Source of the DNA: an uncultured virus (IMG/VR IMGVR_UViG_3300046786_000447)
Lineage: Duplodnaviria; Heunggongvirae; Uroviricota; Caudoviricetes
Length of the DNA: 55,716 bases
Reading direction: 5' to 3' (one strand)
IMG/VR virus record: IMGVR_UViG_3300046786_000447
The first letter of the stretch is position 1. Every line of letters starts with the position of its first letter. Both the position numbers and the translations under genes were made by a program. The notes beneath the pieces are model-generated. The model ran no database searches. It was not told the DNA's origin and saw nothing but the letters and a program-made list of their open reading frames with translations. Positions 19,062 through 28,343 of this stretch are shown piece by piece.

Positions 19062-19362
19062 TTAGCCACTTCCTCGCCAATTCTCTTCGTTGTTTTCTTT
19101 CGTCTAAATCATATGTTAGTTGTTTTTGTTTTTCAATTATAGCATCAGCGTAGTTAGCAAAATATTTCCAACTTGGGTTCTGTGCAACATCGAAATAATA
19201 TTGTAGCAGATCATAGCAGTAGGACATGCCATAGGATTCAATGAGTGCGTCAGCTGCCCACTGCTCTACGTTTAAATTTAAAAGTGGCTTTTCCTCATAC
19301 TTAGCAGTATGTAGTTTGCTGTAGCGACTGAGCAAAGCCATTCGGTCTTTGCGTTCAGCCAT
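19054..19362 (-). CDS. Hypothetical protein (possible helicase-associated factor)
   Basis: ORF coupled to dnaB; function suggested by position only. Confidence 0.6.
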   Translation of the reverse strand: MAERKDRMALLSRYSKLHTAKYEEKPLLNLNVEQWAADALIESYGMSYCYDLLQYYFDVAQNPSWKYFANYADAIIEKQKQLTYDLDERKQRRELARKWLSE

Positions 19363-19565
19363 TATTCTACTTCAGACTTAGCTTCTGTGACTTTTTCAGC
19401 AAGCTTTGTTTCTACAAAAGCATACACACGATCAAAAGCTTCGTTGATGTTTTCGCTCTCACGCTTGTTATCGATGACATTCAAGTCAATTCGCAGCGAC
19501 TGAAAGTTGCCTAGGTTTAGAGTGTAACCAAGAGTTACACCAATCTTTGTGTTTTCGTTTTCCAT
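19362..19565 (-). CDS. Hypothetical protein
   Basis: LGYTLNLGNFQSLRID; AAGGAA RBS; coupled to the next gene. Confidence 0.65.
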   Translation of the reverse strand: MENENTKIGVTLGYTLNLGNFQSLRIDLNVIDNKRESENINEAFDRVYAFVETKLAEKVTEAKSEVE

Positions 19566-19579
19566 ACCCGTTTTCCTTA

Positions 19580-20131
19580 CTATATGGATTCAGACCAAAC
19601 TGGAATGAATCGTCCATCTTCTGTTTTTGTATATGTAAGTATACCATCTCCCATACGCCTTGTCAACTCTTGGCGTGTTGGTGTAATGTTATTCGTTACA
19701 AGCTTATCTTTTCTTGGTTGCCCAATATGATATGAAGCCAGTATATCACGAAGCTCAAGAACTTGCGATTCTGAGTAGTATGACCTTACTTGCCATCCAG
19801 TCTCTCCGCCCTTCTGTGACCCCGTAGCAGGCGGAACGATGCCCTTCCTGACCAACGATGGCATATACTTTTTATGACGATTAACTAGACTAGCAGTCTC
19901 GCCAACCGTGAAGGCTCTTTCTCTATTTTTCTTAAAATCATTAATTAAACAACTTTCGATTCTATCTTTTGTAATATTATAGACAGACATAATGCCATTA
20001 GATCTGTTAAGGTGGTGAATTCTAACAAGGTCTCCGTTCAAGAACCAAACCTTTTTGTTACCAGGAATTACTGGGGCATTGTTGTATTCTTCACGAGTGA
20101 GAGCCCCATAACGTTTTTTGGGCTTACTCAT
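19580..20131 (-). CDS. MerR-like HTH DNA-binding protein
   Basis: FTVGETASLVNRH...GIVPP...RSYYSESQV; at the structural/replication junction. Confidence 0.65.
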   Translation of the reverse strand: MSKPKKRYGALTREEYNNAPVIPGNKKVWFLNGDLVRIHHLNRSNGIMSVYNITKDRIESCLINDFKKNRERAFTVGETASLVNRHKKYMPSLVRKGIVPPATGSQKGGETGWQVRSYYSESQVLELRDILASYHIGQPRKDKLVTNNITPTRQELTRRMGDGILTYTKTEDGRFIPVWSESI

Positions 20132-20574
20132 TATAGTGATGGGATTCCGACTGCTATGATGTTTAGACCAACAGAAAGGTTTGATCCTGTTCCAGAAAAT
20201 CTAACACCAAATGTTGCCTTGTCCTGACCAACTGATTTGATCATAACAGAAACAGCACCACCTGAGTCAGCATTTGCAATTGCTATAGGTGTTGCGGTAA
20301 TTACTGGGGGATACTGAAAATTTGTCTGAAATGGATACTCTACAGAAACTTCTCCATTTACAACGTTTGCATTTGTAACTTCTTTATATCCGCCAACAAT
20401 TCTAGACTCTGAAGTTTTTACGCTTTGCTTGCCAGATGTAGCAGTATCAATAGTCATAACTGCATTTGAGGTAGTAGCGATGCTAGTGGCAAGGCTATTG
20501 CATACCTCAACTAGTTGTCTAATGTAGTCAACGTCTAGTGGCTGTCCTCTGTCTGGTGGTGATATTCTTCCCAT
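20131..20574 (-). CDS. Putative minor tail protein (H-type-lectin-like C-terminus)
   Basis: YPFQTNFQYPPVITAT...LNIIAVG; AAGGAG RBS. Confidence 0.5.
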   Translation of the reverse strand: MGRISPPDRGQPLDVDYIRQLVEVCNSLATSIATTSNAVMTIDTATSGKQSVKTSESRIVGGYKEVTNANVVNGEVSVEYPFQTNFQYPPVITATPIAIANADSGGAVSVMIKSVGQDKATFGVRFSGTGSNLSVGLNIIAVGIPSL

Positions 20575-20593
20575 AGTATTCTCCTTAAAACTA

Positions 20594-20602
20594 ATTATAT
20601 CA
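20594..20602 (-). promoter_or_regulatory. Extended -10 promoter
   Basis: TGATATAAT on the minus strand in the 30-bp intergenic gap. Confidence 0.55.
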
Positions 20603-20604
20603 GA

Positions 20605-21024
20605 TTAAGAGACCGTTATCTCTGATACCCTGATTCTTTCTGTAGGTGCTACCTTACTGGTACAGGCAAGCTGAACCCATACCTTAGATGCCGTTTTACC
20701 AGCTGCAGGCACAAAGTTATACGATATACCAGATGTACGGCTTAAATACACATAGTCTGTTTCTCCAGAATATTTTACATATAGATCATAATTGGTAAAA
20801 TTATTAATGTTGCTCCAGTTAACCTGAATACGACCATTTGAAAGAACTGCCTTAGCATCTGTATCCTGCCTTACTTGCAAATTCTTGACTGGATAAACCA
20901 TTGAGTAGTCTGAGTATTTTGTCTTATCAAAGATAACTCTATATCTTACCAGAATCTCATTTAGTGGGTTTACCTCCACAATTTTTGATCTATCAATAAC
21001 AGCCTTCTTAACAATCTCTGTCAT
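20605..21024 (-). CDS. Hypothetical tail-region protein (Ig-like beta sandwich)
   Basis: IQVNWS...YDLYVKY; ATGA-coupled to the upstream gene. Confidence 0.55.
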   Translation of the reverse strand: MTEIVKKAVIDRSKIVEVNPLNEILVRYRVIFDKTKYSDYSMVYPVKNLQVRQDTDAKAVLSNGRIQVNWSNINNFTNYDLYVKYSGETDYVYLSRTSGISYNFVPAAGKTASKVWVQLACTSKVAPTERIRVSEITVS

Positions 21025-22451
21025 AGTACATCCAAGCCAAATCTAAACTCTACAAGAGATGAAACGTTTTCAAGCTTTACAATTGGCAATCCATCAGATG
21101 TTGTAATAGATGAATATCCTGTCAATCCATATAGTGGGTTTATTGTAGAAACATTTTCTAGTCTTAAAGCATCCAGGGCAATATAGAAATCTGATGTTGG
21201 AGAGCCGTTAGATGCTATTGCAGATGCATATACCTTGATTAGCCTTACCTGATTCCAGGAAAAATTTTGAGATGCTATAAGTTCGCTAATCTTCTTTTTA
21301 ATAACAAAGTATCTGTTATTGTCAAAATCGTAGATTGGATCTGAGTTAATGTCAGAAATATTAACCTCAAATCTAGCATATTCTGCATCTGAAGCATCTG
21401 ATGATGCAAAGTCAACCATTAGTCTTATAGATGATGGCTTTGGTACCTGTCCATCTACTGCATTACCATCACGATTTACCACAGAAAATGCAAGTCGGAT
21501 CTCATCTGATGGTGAGTTTTTATCAAAACCTGCAACAGAGGTTGTATTGATATGAATGTGATCACCGCTGGTGTATGAAAGATGCCCGTTTGAAACAGAT
21601 AGATTTGTCATATCTCCACGAAGCATAACAATGTTATTTAGGAATCTACAGTTTTCAGATCTCTTTCTTCTGTTTGCATTGCTAAAGATTGTATTATCAG
21701 CATTTGTGTAAAATGCCTTAAGAGATTTTACAGTTGGTTGATTGGTTACGTCATCTATGACTGTATATGATCCAGTGATAACATCAGCCTCATTTTGTGC
21801 AAGTGCAGTATATACAGATGGAAGTGATGACACTGATGTTCCATGTAGCTGCCACTTTTCTGACTGTACAAATGTTAGAATATTTTTGCTGTCATTGTTT
21901 TGTGCATCTGGATTAGCCTGTGCTGAATAAATTCCAACCTCAGAAATCTCATATCTTTCTTCAGATGGTAGCTCCGCAGTGAATACAATCTTGGTTGCAT
22001 TTAACGTTAAGTATCCTCCAGAAGAATATGTTGGAGATCCGTCAATGTCTGCCTGGATAGTTATATTTGTTGGTGTAGCAAATTTTACAATTGCATTTGA
22101 AAAGTTGAATACTGATGGTGAAATACCAGATATATCTACTACTGTTCCAGATACAAAATCTCCATTAGAATTATCTATAGTATAGCTAATGAATCCATTT
22201 CCATACCCCACGTCTGTGACTTGCACCACAGCTACTGGCTCAGTAACGTAGCCTCTTGATAGAATTGGCACACGAAACATTTCAAAGTCTAATGCTTGTT
22301 TAGATTTCATTGTGCTGACTTCGATTGGGTCTAAAGAGTCTCCAACCTTTCTTGGCTTAGCTCCACAGCCAATAGCCAAATAGGCAGCATAAGATTGTGC
22401 CTGACCAACCAGGTATTTAGTTAAGATAGACTGACCTTTATTTGTAATCAT
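21021..22451 (-). CDS. Minor tail protein
   Basis: MITNKG...YLAIGCG...LDFEMFR...AELP...ISEVGIY pattern of tail-tip proteins. Confidence 0.7.
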   Translation of the reverse strand: MITNKGQSILTKYLVGQAQSYAAYLAIGCGAKPRKVGDSLDPIEVSTMKSKQALDFEMFRVPILSRGYVTEPVAVVQVTDVGYGNGFISYTIDNSNGDFVSGTVVDISGISPSVFNFSNAIVKFATPTNITIQADIDGSPTYSSGGYLTLNATKIVFTAELPSEERYEISEVGIYSAQANPDAQNNDSKNILTFVQSEKWQLHGTSVSSLPSVYTALAQNEADVITGSYTVIDDVTNQPTVKSLKAFYTNADNTIFSNANRRKRSENCRFLNNIVMLRGDMTNLSVSNGHLSYTSGDHIHINTTSVAGFDKNSPSDEIRLAFSVVNRDGNAVDGQVPKPSSIRLMVDFASSDASDAEYARFEVNISDINSDPIYDFDNNRYFVIKKKISELIASQNFSWNQVRLIKVYASAIASNGSPTSDFYIALDALRLENVSTINPLYGLTGYSSITTSDGLPIVKLENVSSLVEFRFGLDVL

Positions 22452-22460
22452 AGTATTCCC

Positions 22461-23447
22461 TTAGTATATTGTATCATCTGTTGCAGATATGACATGGATA
22501 TCTACTTCCTCGTTTAGAACTGCATTGGCCACTTCAACAACAATTGATCCAGAAGAGTTCATATAAACTGGACTATTTCTTCCATTTGGGTCTGATGTTG
22601 ATGATGGAACATAGTTTTCTAATCTAATTGGATATCTTTTAAAGATTTGTTCTGATGTATTTTGAAGTGCCACAAGATTTGCTCCGCCATACAATGTAGA
22701 TATCTTGCCAAGATTTGATATGTCTGAGTATTCAATATTTGCACCATCTACCATGTCATGTCTTGCTACATTAATTATTTCTACTCCAGTTAGATTTTCA
22801 AATAGAATTTTTTCAAGGTAGGCCTGGGTATATTGCTCAGTTCCTACAACAAGTAGCTCTGGGCCTGCAGGCTTGACTACAGCAATAGAGCCATCATTTT
22901 GTGGAACAGTGTAGGCAACATATGGAGTTGGAAAAAGATCTGTTTGACCAGTTGACTCAATAAGATCGGTTAGAGTCTTTTGTTCAGTTACTTCAACCTC
23001 TTCTTCGATTTTTGTCTCAACTTTTGGAGGCGTAGTAGTATTTGTGGTAGTCTTTGGGGTAGTCTTTGTGGTAGTCTTTGGCTTAGGTTTTACTGGTGGT
23101 GGTACTGGAACAGGCTTTGTGTTTGATTTTATTAATGACTTTCCAGTATTTGGATCAATCATTGGGCCCTGGAATTTTCCAGTGCTAACAGTTTTTAAAG
23201 GAACGTATCCAGATGCTAGTGGTCCACCAACAACCTTAGTGTTTGTCAGCAAGTTTGTAGACTGGGTTTTAGGGAAAGTTGGAAGCAATGGCTTTATAAC
23301 TGGATTGGGCACTACTGGCTTTATGGTTGGAAATAGTGCTTTTACAGGTGCAGCAGTAGGTGCCAACCCTGTCTTAAAGGGAATTAAAGTTGTCTTTGCA
23401 GCTACTGGACCAATAAATCCTTTATCGCCTGGCTTTGGGGCTGCCAT
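22461..23447 (-). CDS. Tail-region protein with Pro/Lys/Thr-rich low-complexity N-terminus
   Basis: PVPVPPPVKPKPKTTTKTTPKTTTNTTTPP; globular C-terminus LFENLTGVEIINVARHDMVDG. Confidence 0.65.
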   Translation of the reverse strand: MAAPKPGDKGFIGPVAAKTTLIPFKTGLAPTAAPVKALFPTIKPVVPNPVIKPLLPTFPKTQSTNLLTNTKVVGGPLASGYVPLKTVSTGKFQGPMIDPNTGKSLIKSNTKPVPVPPPVKPKPKTTTKTTPKTTTNTTTPPKVETKIEEEVEVTEQKTLTDLIESTGQTDLFPTPYVAYTVPQNDGSIAVVKPAGPELLVVGTEQYTQAYLEKILFENLTGVEIINVARHDMVDGANIEYSDISNLGKISTLYGGANLVALQNTSEQIFKRYPIRLENYVPSSTSDPNGRNSPVYMNSSGSIVVEVANAVLNEEVDIHVISATDDTIY

Positions 23448-26400
23448 TATTCTGTCACCTCACTTATATAAACAGTTGTACTTGGTCCATCACTTGACAC
23501 TTCATACTCAATGTGATAGACTACAAATCTTGAATTTCTGTCAATTATCTGATCAGCTCCAGAATCATCAGTCCAGAATACCTGAACGATATCTCCCAGC
23601 TGAAGAACTGATCCACCGAAGATTGACATACCAGCATTCTTTCTCTTCTTGCTTATCTTTTTAAGCATCCAAGACATCAGAGATGATGCTTCGTCAGTTG
23701 TTTGAATGTATGGAGAACTAATCTGGAAAGTCTGCTTTCCATACATAGTTCTGCTTTCCTTTAGCTGAGTCCAAATATTTTTTGCAATCTCTGGAGTATT
23801 AAAAATATTTTTTGGCAGATTGTCAATATTAGACAGATCAGAATTTTTTGACAACACATCATCTACTGTCAACGTTCTTTCAGAGTTTTGAGTAAATGAC
23901 ACACCATTAATCTTAAGGTAGTTTGAGCTTTGCTCTCCTATGTCTAGGATAGTGTCTGTAGCATTAAAGATCATAAACTCAGCACCGTATGCTGATGGCC
24001 TATATCCAGAAATCGTATAGCCACGAAGACCAGTTATCACTGGTGCTGGCCTAGATAGTAGAGCTGGGTATGCCTTGTCAAATCTTACATTAAAGTAAGC
24101 TGCCTCACGCATGATAGTTCCGAACTCTTCATAGTATAGGTTATATAGTGGGTCTTGAGATGTTGATATGCCTGAAAGGTAGGTCTGCTGAATTGCACCA
24201 GACATTGAGTATTTTCTCAATACCTCGCTAGTCTGTAGGCTAGTGTCATCTGCAAATATTGCATTCATTGGTGTCTCTAGGTTTGCCATTGAGTTTAGTG
24301 CATGGTTTTGTGTCAATGCGTAAAGGTTTTCAAACATTAGTCTAGAAGTACCACGAATAAACGGACCAAAATTTGTGTAGACTGGCAGTGGATCGCTATC
24401 GTCTACAATTGCAAGTGTTGAGCCATTAATGCTTAGATAAAATTTTCTAATTCCAGCAACATCTTTGTACTCAACTGCAAGGTCGTATGTTGTTGGATTA
24501 TCCTGAGCATACATTCTCTCTTGCCCAATAAAGTTGCCAGTATCAATTAGGATTGGATATGCTCCTTCCCAAAGCTTAATTGGATTAGATGTAGCCTCAG
24601 TCCCACCCTTAACCTTATAGAATACAATGTTATTGATTGGTGTAGACTCTCCAGCAATATCTAGATTTTCTTTTGTAAGTGCCATTACCTCAAAATAGTA
24701 TCCAGCATTTGTATCAGGGTTATTAAGAACTACAAGCCCACCAGAAGAAGCACCAACTGATGCATCTGAAAAATATGACATAGACCCATTAGGTGTCTGA
24801 ATCGTGTCAGTCTTTGTACTCTTTTTGCCAATAAGTCTGAGCCTTGTGCCAAAGTGAACAAACTTAGTGTCTAGCTGTTTTGGAACATACGCCAAATATT
24901 CTGATGGCTTATCCTCTACTGCAAATGCAGGACCTTCTAGAACCAATGCTGAAGCTTGGACAGAACCCTTTTGTGCCTTAGTAGCAGTGTTTGTCTGCTT
25001 ATCAGTTAGATATGTAGCACTCATAAAGTTTCTTACAATCCCTGACTTTGTTGAGGAAGCAACCTTACTAGAGGCTAGCCCAGAAGTACCCAAAGTTATT
25101 CCCTTAGACTTAGTTGTTGCATCTGCAACCTTAGAATCTAGCATATCTCCAAAAGACATTTTGCATCCCTTAAAAGATGCTGACTGCCATTCATTGGATA
25201 GACCAGATGAATGTTTTGGTGGAACTACTGATCCGTCAGCTTTTCTAATACCTGTTCCGAATTGCATTCTTCCATGCTTTGCTACTGCACCATTCTTAAA
25301 CCTTGTGACACCATTTACTGTTTCATAATATGGTTCGCAGAAAATTCTTACCTTTCCAGTAGGATACATAGATCCGCCAAATGGTATTCTCGAAAAGTAG
25401 TCTCCATATTCCTGTGCATTCTGAACCCAAACTGGGCCATCTACAGTGTTGTATTCAATAGCATCGTACTTTATGATTTCTCCATTTGCATACCAATAGC
25501 CATTATATCTAGAGAAACCGCTTAGCACTGGTGTGCCAAGGTCCATAACATTATTAATAATTTTATTATTTTCTACTGTGGGGATAGCATCTGTAAGATC
25601 AGAGTTTAGAGGAACTGCAAGAAGAGTGTAGCTAGATGCATTTGAGTAGTTATCATTTTCTGCCTTTACGTTCTGACCACCAGAAGGTGCCCATAGTTCG
25701 ACAGCCTTATATACCCATGTTCTATCTTCGTCAATTTGGTTTTGTTGCTTAATAGACCCCGTAGTTTTTTGAATATAATAATTCTTGTAGCTAATAGATC
25801 CATCATTAAATATTTTGCTTTCGCTTGTTGACAGGTCTTCGATATTTGCAGAAACAAGACCAGTCTGCTCACCACTAACTATAAAGTCTGTACCTCTATC
25901 TGCTTTAGTAGGCATCATATAGTTTTTACTCATGATAATAAAGTTATTTTCTTCATCGAAGAACATTGAGCTTTGAGATGCAACCGCAAGATCTTGAAGT
26001 ATTTGTGCTACAGACTTATCCTTGTTTACAAAGAAGTATGGGATTATAAGATCTTTATCCTCTGCAGTTCTATAGAATTTATAGTTTGAAAATCCTACGG
26101 AATCAAGCAGTGTAGAGATTGCAACGCTCAAAGATACATCCTGCATCAATAGATCTGGACATTCTTGATTTTCAAAAACAGAAAAATAATCTCTGAGCTC
26201 AAATGAGATTGATCTATTTACTGCACCCCATTGAGGGACATTGTGTGAGTATAGGTGCTTAATTGGTATCAAATACCTTGTGCCATCTGGATGGTTTATT
26301 TGCTCATATGCCATAAACTTAATAGACTGTGAAAGATACTTACCTATAACGCTATCTTTTGTGTTTGGGTTAAACGAGTTATCAAAGTCAAACAGGGTTG

Positions 26401-27709
26401 CTTTTCCAGTAGATGCCAGAAGCTGGCTTACTGGCATACCAGATACACCAAGATCAGATGCAGCCTTTGTTACCTGGAACGACTCTGTGTATTCTGTCAT
26501 ATCAACAAACATTCTTGGTGACATCTCAATTAGATCAAAAGAGCTTTCATTCTTGTTCATTGTGGATACAACTATGCGAATGCCCTGAATCTCTTTATAC
26601 TGTCTATACTGAACTCTATTAAGTGCAAAATCTTTATATGAGTAAGGAGACTTATTCTTTGTAATTGTGTTTCTGTAATCTATGACATCACCATCAAGCA
26701 GCTGCCAGCCATATGAAGGCGTAAAAGACTTAAATCCAGTAGATGTATATATATAGAATATTCCAATATCATTGCTGTCTACCTTGACCAAATACGCATC
26801 ACCAATCTTTGGATTAATTGGCAACATAGTAGTAGAGATTATCTCTGACTTAAAATTAAAGATAGCCTTATATGCTGATGGAACGTTGAGACCATAATAG
26901 ATCTCAACATAGCCGTCTGGTCCTATGATTGGTGTACCGTCAGCTCTTGCTGATGTTGGCGTAAAGTCAGTAGCTGTTTTCCATTGACCTGCTTCCAAGT
27001 ATTGAATCTTCCACGTTAATGGAGTTCTGCTATTTGAATAGCCGTAGAATGGATCATCAAGTTGTGATGTTGCTGTATAAAATGGACCAAGGTTGTCTGT
27101 TCCCACGTGTGTCTGCATCTTCACAACAATTCTGTTTGTTGGAATTGGTGACTTGTAAACAACAAAAGGTGCAGCATCTTCAATATAGAACGTGTTTCCA
27201 CCTCTAAATGAAAGTCCACGATCTACTCCAGACTCAGTTCTAAATGATGTCCAGTACTTGAACTTATCATTCTTGTCTGCCATATAGTATCTTGGACGGG
27301 CATACATTTTCTTATTTGTGTGATGTAGGTAACGTCCTGTAATGTATGTAGCCTTGTTAATTCCAGAGCGTGGTCTAAACTTTCCAAAACAATCTTCTAG
27401 AGAATACAGCAGATTTGTCTTAATCTTTTTAGACACAATGCTAATTGGATTATTACTATTGTCAAATCCACCATCAATTGTAATATCAGCATCTGTAGCA
27501 TCAGTGTAATAGCCACCAATATCTTGTGGATCATAGGTAACTGGAACTAGGTGATACTTATCAGTTGGAACAGAAGGTCTGTGTCGATAGTTTCCTATCT
27601 TTTCAATATTTGAAAAGCTGTTAAGATTCCATTCCGCAAAAAGCTTAGACCTAACATCTAGAGATGAAGATGTTTGGATGTGATTTAGTAGTTTGCTATC
27701 TCCAAACAT
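23447..27709 (-). CDS. Large minor tail protein (tail tip/hub)
   Basis: 1420 aa, second gene after the tape measure; LQLGDIV near the C-terminus. Confidence 0.75.
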   Translation of the reverse strand: MFGDSKLLNHIQTSSSLDVRSKLFAEWNLNSFSNIEKIGNYRHRPSVPTDKYHLVPVTYDPQDIGGYYTDATDADITIDGGFDNSNNPISIVSKKIKTNLLYSLEDCFGKFRPRSGINKATYITGRYLHHTNKKMYARPRYYMADKNDKFKYWTSFRTESGVDRGLSFRGGNTFYIEDAAPFVVYKSPIPTNRIVVKMQTHVGTDNLGPFYTATSQLDDPFYGYSNSRTPLTWKIQYLEAGQWKTATDFTPTSARADGTPIIGPDGYVEIYYGLNVPSAYKAIFNFKSEIISTTMLPINPKIGDAYLVKVDSNDIGIFYIYTSTGFKSFTPSYGWQLLDGDVIDYRNTITKNKSPYSYKDFALNRVQYRQYKEIQGIRIVVSTMNKNESSFDLIEMSPRMFVDMTEYTESFQVTKAASDLGVSGMPVSQLLASTGKATLFDFDNSFNPNTKDSVIGKYLSQSIKFMAYEQINHPDGTRYLIPIKHLYSHNVPQWGAVNRSISFELRDYFSVFENQECPDLLMQDVSLSVAISTLLDSVGFSNYKFYRTAEDKDLIIPYFFVNKDKSVAQILQDLAVASQSSMFFDEENNFIIMSKNYMMPTKADRGTDFIVSGEQTGLVSANIEDLSTSESKIFNDGSISYKNYYIQKTTGSIKQQNQIDEDRTWVYKAVELWAPSGGQNVKAENDNYSNASSYTLLAVPLNSDLTDAIPTVENNKIINNVMDLGTPVLSGFSRYNGYWYANGEIIKYDAIEYNTVDGPVWVQNAQEYGDYFSRIPFGGSMYPTGKVRIFCEPYYETVNGVTRFKNGAVAKHGRMQFGTGIRKADGSVVPPKHSSGLSNEWQSASFKGCKMSFGDMLDSKVADATTKSKGITLGTSGLASSKVASSTKSGIVRNFMSATYLTDKQTNTATKAQKGSVQASALVLEGPAFAVEDKPSEYLAYVPKQLDTKFVHFGTRLRLIGKKSTKTDTIQTPNGSMSYFSDASVGASSGGLVVLNNPDTNAGYYFEVMALTKENLDIAGESTPINNIVFYKVKGGTEATSNPIKLWEGAYPILIDTGNFIGQERMYAQDNPTTYDLAVEYKDVAGIRKFYLSINGSTLAIVDDSDPLPVYTNFGPFIRGTSRLMFENLYALTQNHALNSMANLETPMNAIFADDTSLQTSEVLRKYSMSGAIQQTYLSGISTSQDPLYNLYYEEFGTIMREAAYFNVRFDKAYPALLSRPAPVITGLRGYTISGYRPSAYGAEFMIFNATDTILDIGEQSSNYLKINGVSFTQNSERTLTVDDVLSKNSDLSNIDNLPKNIFNTPEIAKNIWTQLKESRTMYGKQTFQISSPYIQTTDEASSLMSWMLKKISKKRKNAGMSIFGGSVLQLGDIVQVFWTDDSGADQIIDRNSRFVVYHIEYEVSSDGPSTTVYISEVTE

Positions 27710-27710
27710 A

Positions 27711-28343
27711 TTATTCCTCTTCTAGCGATACTTGTATATTCCAAAGATCGTGACCTGAATTACCACGCTTAGAAACTGTGTAGTCAAATGAGGAGATGAA
27801 CATCTTTACTGCATATGCATACTGTCCAAGTCTTCTATACCTAAACTCATCTTCTGGTGCAAACTCGGTGTATTTATCATATGATAGGTATACCCAGAAT
27901 GATCCCGTATGGTTTTCATACCAATCTAATAGCTCAACTCCGCCTGCCCCACCATCTACGGTATACTGGTCTGAATTTGGCAAAGATGTATTTCCTGTTG
28001 TATAATCAAAGTTTGGATTTGAGGCAAAACTGCGTGAAGGAAGCAAGTCCCAAGATGTATTTATCTGTAGCTTATCAGCAACGTGGTAGGCTCTCATCTG
28101 ACCATTAACCATACGCTTTCTTGTTTCAATACGGTTATTCTTAAAATCTAATGGCTGACGGTTGTGGTCAGAAAGAATAATAAAATCATTTGACAATGAG
28201 GCGTTTGCTGGTGTGGTTGATCCCACTTCAAACCCCATTGGAACATATTCATTGCTAAGAATCTGAGGAGCGTTATTAGACCACAACATTGCTTGTGGAC
28301 GTGCATACTTTTGTCTGCCTGCTTTATATGCCTGTGATGCCAT
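27711..28343 (-). CDS. Distal tail (Dit-like) protein
   Basis: Immediately after the tape measure; RMVNGQMRAYHVADK...WNIQVSLEE. Confidence 0.65.
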   Translation of the reverse strand: MASQAYKAGRQKYARPQAMLWSNNAPQILSNEYVPMGFEVGSTTPANASLSNDFIILSDHNRQPLDFKNNRIETRKRMVNGQMRAYHVADKLQINTSWDLLPSRSFASNPNFDYTTGNTSLPNSDQYTVDGGAGGVELLDWYENHTGSFWVYLSYDKYTEFAPEDEFRYRRLGQYAYAVKMFISSFDYTVSKRGNSGHDLWNIQVSLEEE

